Source of the DNA: Convolutriloba macropyga
Lineage: Eukaryota
Length of the DNA stretch: 64,000 bases
Assembly: GCF_964194025.1 (NCBI RefSeq)
Contig: NC_134471.1
Coordinates: forward strand, 16,120,001-16,184,000
Direction: 5' to 3'
In this document: positions 62,040 to 64,000 of the stretch, one piece after another
Numbering within the stretch: position 1 is the stretch's first letter
How the letters are laid out: every line of letters starts with the position of its first letter
Program-made: the position numbers and the translations under genes
The notes under the pieces: model-generated
What the model saw: only the letters and a program-made list of their open reading frames with translations
Databases searched by the model: none
Told to the model about the DNA's origin: nothing

Positions 62040-62890
62040 GTTTTGCAGAATGATTATATAGTTATTCATTTTGTTTTTTAATGAACTGCGGAGGTATATA
62101 AAATAGCTCTTTTTTGAAAACTGATTGATTTTTTATCTTTAATCAGAAAAAAAAAACGTTAGAAAAACGCTTTTTGATTTTTATATAACAGAGAAACATA
62201 CTTGCCACTTTTCTGTTGCTTCTTTGCGGTTTTGAAATAAATCAAATAAATTTTCAGATTATTTTCAAACAAACGGAAGGAGCTATTTCGAACGCTTTCT
62301 TGTTATCTGCTGAAAATTTCCAATAATCATTAGAAAAATGTTTTTTTGAGTTTTTTAAGTAAAAGAAGCAAATTCGCAAATTTCAAGTTGCCTCTTTATA
62401 AGTTTGTATATTCAATCAACTGATTTTGGACTTGTTTTTCAACAAAACCAGGGGAGCTAATCAATGGGTTTCAGTGGAACTATTAAATGTTTTATTCAAA
62501 ACGTTAGGAAAACGTTTTTTGAATTTTTTGATTCAAAGAAGCAATTTTTGTCAAAATTGAGTTGCTTCTTTACAAAATTGCGAAATCGATAAACTGATTT
62601 TGAAGTTTATTTTCCAACAAACCCAGGGGGGCTAATCAATGGGTTTTTTGGATTTATTAAAAGGTTTTCCCTAAAACGTTAGAAAAACGTTTTTTGATTT
62701 TTTGTAGTCAAGGAAGCAAATTTTGTCAAAATTGAGTTGCTTCTTTACAAAAATGCAAAATCGATAAATTGATTTTGAAGCTTTTTTTCCAACGAACCCA
62801 GGGGGGCTAATCAATGGGATTTTTGGATTTATTAAAAGGTTTTCTCTGAAACGTTAGAAAAACGTTTTTTGATTTTTGACGCTCAAAAAA
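62040..62890 (-). repeat. ~175-bp tandem repeat (about 5 units) inside the BEL 5' leader
   Basis: TTAGRAAAAYG at about 62159, 62330, 62503, 62679 and 62853. GGGGRGCTAATCAATGGG at about 62451, 62626 and 62801. Confidence 0.85.
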
Positions 62891-63508
62891 GCTTTTTTGC
62901 GACTTTCTCAATTTTGAGCAAAAATTTTTACATAAAGTGTTCAACCAAAATAAAGTTGATTTCAAGTCCAACTGAAGTGTTCCATTCAAATAAAAATTTT
63001 ACTTTCATGTAGATTTTTTGCGACAAATTGAGAAAATTGTTTTTGAGTTTTTCAGATGCAAAAACGCTATATCGTTTTTTCGGGCAATTTGTGTTTTTTT
63101 TTCGTTAATTGCTGACTTGTAGTTGCTCACGGCATTTCTTTCATAAACCATCTACCAAAAGCTCGTTGGGGGACAATTTTTGTGTGTTTGAGATTTTTTG
63201 TCGCAAAAAAAAATCACGTTTTTTTTGGATACGTCTAACCGGGGAAAGGACTTCTAAGGTGACGTCTGGAACCTCGGGCGATCATCTCCTGGTGACGTCT
63301 GTAACCAAAAAAATGTCAGGCCTTCTTGGTCGGGTGACGTCTGAAAACCCTTGAAAAAAAACTCTTCGTCTTTGGTTGGCTCGTCTGCAATGAGAAACTC
63401 TGTCGTAGTCTTGGATATTAGTCTTGGGGTGTGCTCATGCCCCCTCTTTGTTTCAAAAAAAAATAAATTTAATTCAGAAGGTTTTATGTCCTTATTATCA
63501 AGGCGGAT

Positions 63509-63516
63509 GGTCACCA
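63509..63516 (-). promoter_or_regulatory. Primer-binding site TGGTGACC (compatible with a tRNA-Trp 3' end over 8 nt)
   Basis: The minus strand reads LTR..AACA-TAATTT-TGGTGACCATCC. Eukaryotic tRNA-Trp ends ..GGGGTCACCA. Confidence 0.55.
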
Positions 63517-63522
63517 AAATTA

Positions 63523-63663
63523 TGTTTTAAAACATATCTCTAGTCTAAACATTTGTTAAAAGAGCACGTCTAAGTTTCACGTTGTTGGACAAAAGAGTCA
63601 AGTTTTTGTTGCAATTTTGGCGGTTTTCGAATCATCTTGAAAGTTGCAATAACATCGGCAACA
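63523..63663 (-). repeat. 5' LTR (141 bp)
   Basis: Identical to 53692-53832 and followed on the minus strand by the PBS. Confidence 0.97.
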
Positions 63664-63670
63664 GTCAAAA

Positions 63671-63684
63671 CCACTAGAGGGCGC
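63671..63684 (+). promoter_or_regulatory. Consensus CTCF core motif CCACTAGAGGGCGC
   Basis: 14/14 match to CCASYAGRKGGCRS in an otherwise AT-rich context. Binding is not demonstrated. Confidence 0.5.
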
Positions 63685-64000
63685 TAAAAATCAAAGCGTA
63701 CGACAAATCCGTTCTAAAGCGCTTTCGCCCATGTAATAAAATAAAAAAAACTGAATTCTCTTAGTAATCCAAGTGAATTAATAACTCTTCAATTAATTAT
63801 CATTAATTATATTATTACAATTAATTATTAATGCTTGTTCAAGCCTCTTATATGTTCCAATTGGTACATAGCAACATTTATAATTGTTCGATACTATTAG
63901 AAGCCTCAACCTAGGAAAAGATCGTCTGAGACATATATTTGGTACTGAAAGAATTTGCCTAGACTTTTTTATTTGTTTTGGACAGAGGCTGGAACTAAAA

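Larger units (their letters stand above)
53692..63663 (-). mobile_element. Full-length BEL/Pao LTR retrotransposon (9972 bp) with 5-bp TSD GTCAA
   Basis: Identical 141-bp TG..CA LTRs. GTCAA at 53687-53691 and 63664-63668. Gag-PR-RT-RH-IN order with BEL/Pao-type motifs. Confidence 0.97.

Noticed and set aside
63254-63517. 87-aa ORF in the BEL leader
   Set aside because: It starts at a TTG inside the PBS, and its QTSP repeats merely reflect the GGTGACGTCTG DNA motif.

Overview
AT-rich eukaryotic (metazoan-type, standard code, spliceosomal introns) genomic window with a 200-N scaffold gap at 24906-25105. I reconstructed four protein-coding genes by hand, three of them largely invisible in the ORF track. 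(1) A multi-exon carbon-nitrogen hydrolase (nitrilase superfamily) gene on the - strand (10809->3466). It keeps the catalytic Glu and Cys, appears to have Arg at the catalytic Lys, has a probable GC-AG intron and ends in a basic tail. (2) An intronless DNAJC9 (34413-35168, +). (3) NDUFB7 (+), whose two coding exons (35858-36060 and 46913-47120) flank a 10.85-kb intron made almost entirely of repeats. (4) A divergent carbohydrate-sulfotransferase (Sulfotransfer_2/CHST) family gene on the - strand (53421->47916, 5' exon not found) with degenerate PAPS-binding motifs. The rest is repeats: a complete BEL/Pao LTR retrotransposon (53692-63663; identical 141-bp LTRs, GTCAA TSD, stop codon right after YMDD, 2.65-kb repeat-containing leader), four decayed LINEs, several MITE/foldback elements, a 149-bp satellite, a 32-bp minisatellite, and a putative non-autonomous Helitron built from stacked 5' termini, each 568-bp unit of which carries a tRNA-derived Pol III head. 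No CRISPR, rRNA or intact tRNA was found. All assignments come from manual translation and motif recognition; no searches were run.
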